A DNA stretch of 64,000 bases from Chiloscyllium plagiosum (taxonomy: Eukaryota), in assembly GCF_004010195.1 (NCBI RefSeq), contig NC_057755.1, positions 6,369,474 through 6,433,473 on the forward strand, given 5' to 3'. Made by a program: the position numbers and the translations under genes. Below, one piece after another: positions 63,780 to 64,000 of the stretch; positions within the stretch are counted from its first letter, which is position 1; every line of letters begins with the position of its first letter. The notes beneath the pieces are model-generated. The model did no database searches and was not told where the DNA came from. It saw only the letters and a program-made list of their open reading frames with translations.

Positions 63780-64000
63780 GAAAGTAGCTACAGGGAGAGA
63801 CTGAATAGGCTGGGGCTGCTTTCCCAGGATCATCAGAGGCTATGGGATGACCTTATCGAGGTCGCAATATGGTAAATGCACATGGTCTTTTTCCTAGGCT
63901 GGAGAAAAGGAGACAGATCTCGGTGAGAGAAGAAAGATTTAACAGGGATCTAAGGGGAACGTTTTTTTTTCACACGCAGTGGATGGTGCATGTATGGAAT
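63780..64000 (+). mobile_element. CR1 fragment at window edge
   Basis: agctacagggagagactgaataggctggggctg..gaccttatcgagg. Confidence 0.8.

Overview
Repeat-rich eukaryotic DNA, almost certainly from a shark or other elasmobranch: it carries many HE1-type V-SINEs, CR1/HER1-like LINEs and Penelope-like elements. There are two assembly gaps (9894-10507, 35994-36341). I find no intact protein-coding gene; most ORFs in the track are LINE/Penelope debris or spurious. Three features stand out. (1) A two-exon pseudogene of a secreted ecto-ADP-ribosyltransferase (ARTC family) at about 34465-35258. (2) A large decayed tandem array (about 40.0-63.75 kb) of repeat units, with about 12 degenerate tRNA-Lys(UUU) copies on the - strand and 4 degenerate tRNA-Val(UAC) copies on the + strand. 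The array has a higher-order structure, and two more tRNA-Val copies sit in an old tandem duplication at about 9.3-28.0 kb. (3) Many short Penelope-derived elements with minimal hammerhead-ribozyme cores, some forming near-perfect hairpins or flanked by clear target-site duplications. Family assignments rest on motifs and consensus sequences recalled from memory, not on database searches. Repeat boundaries are approximate.
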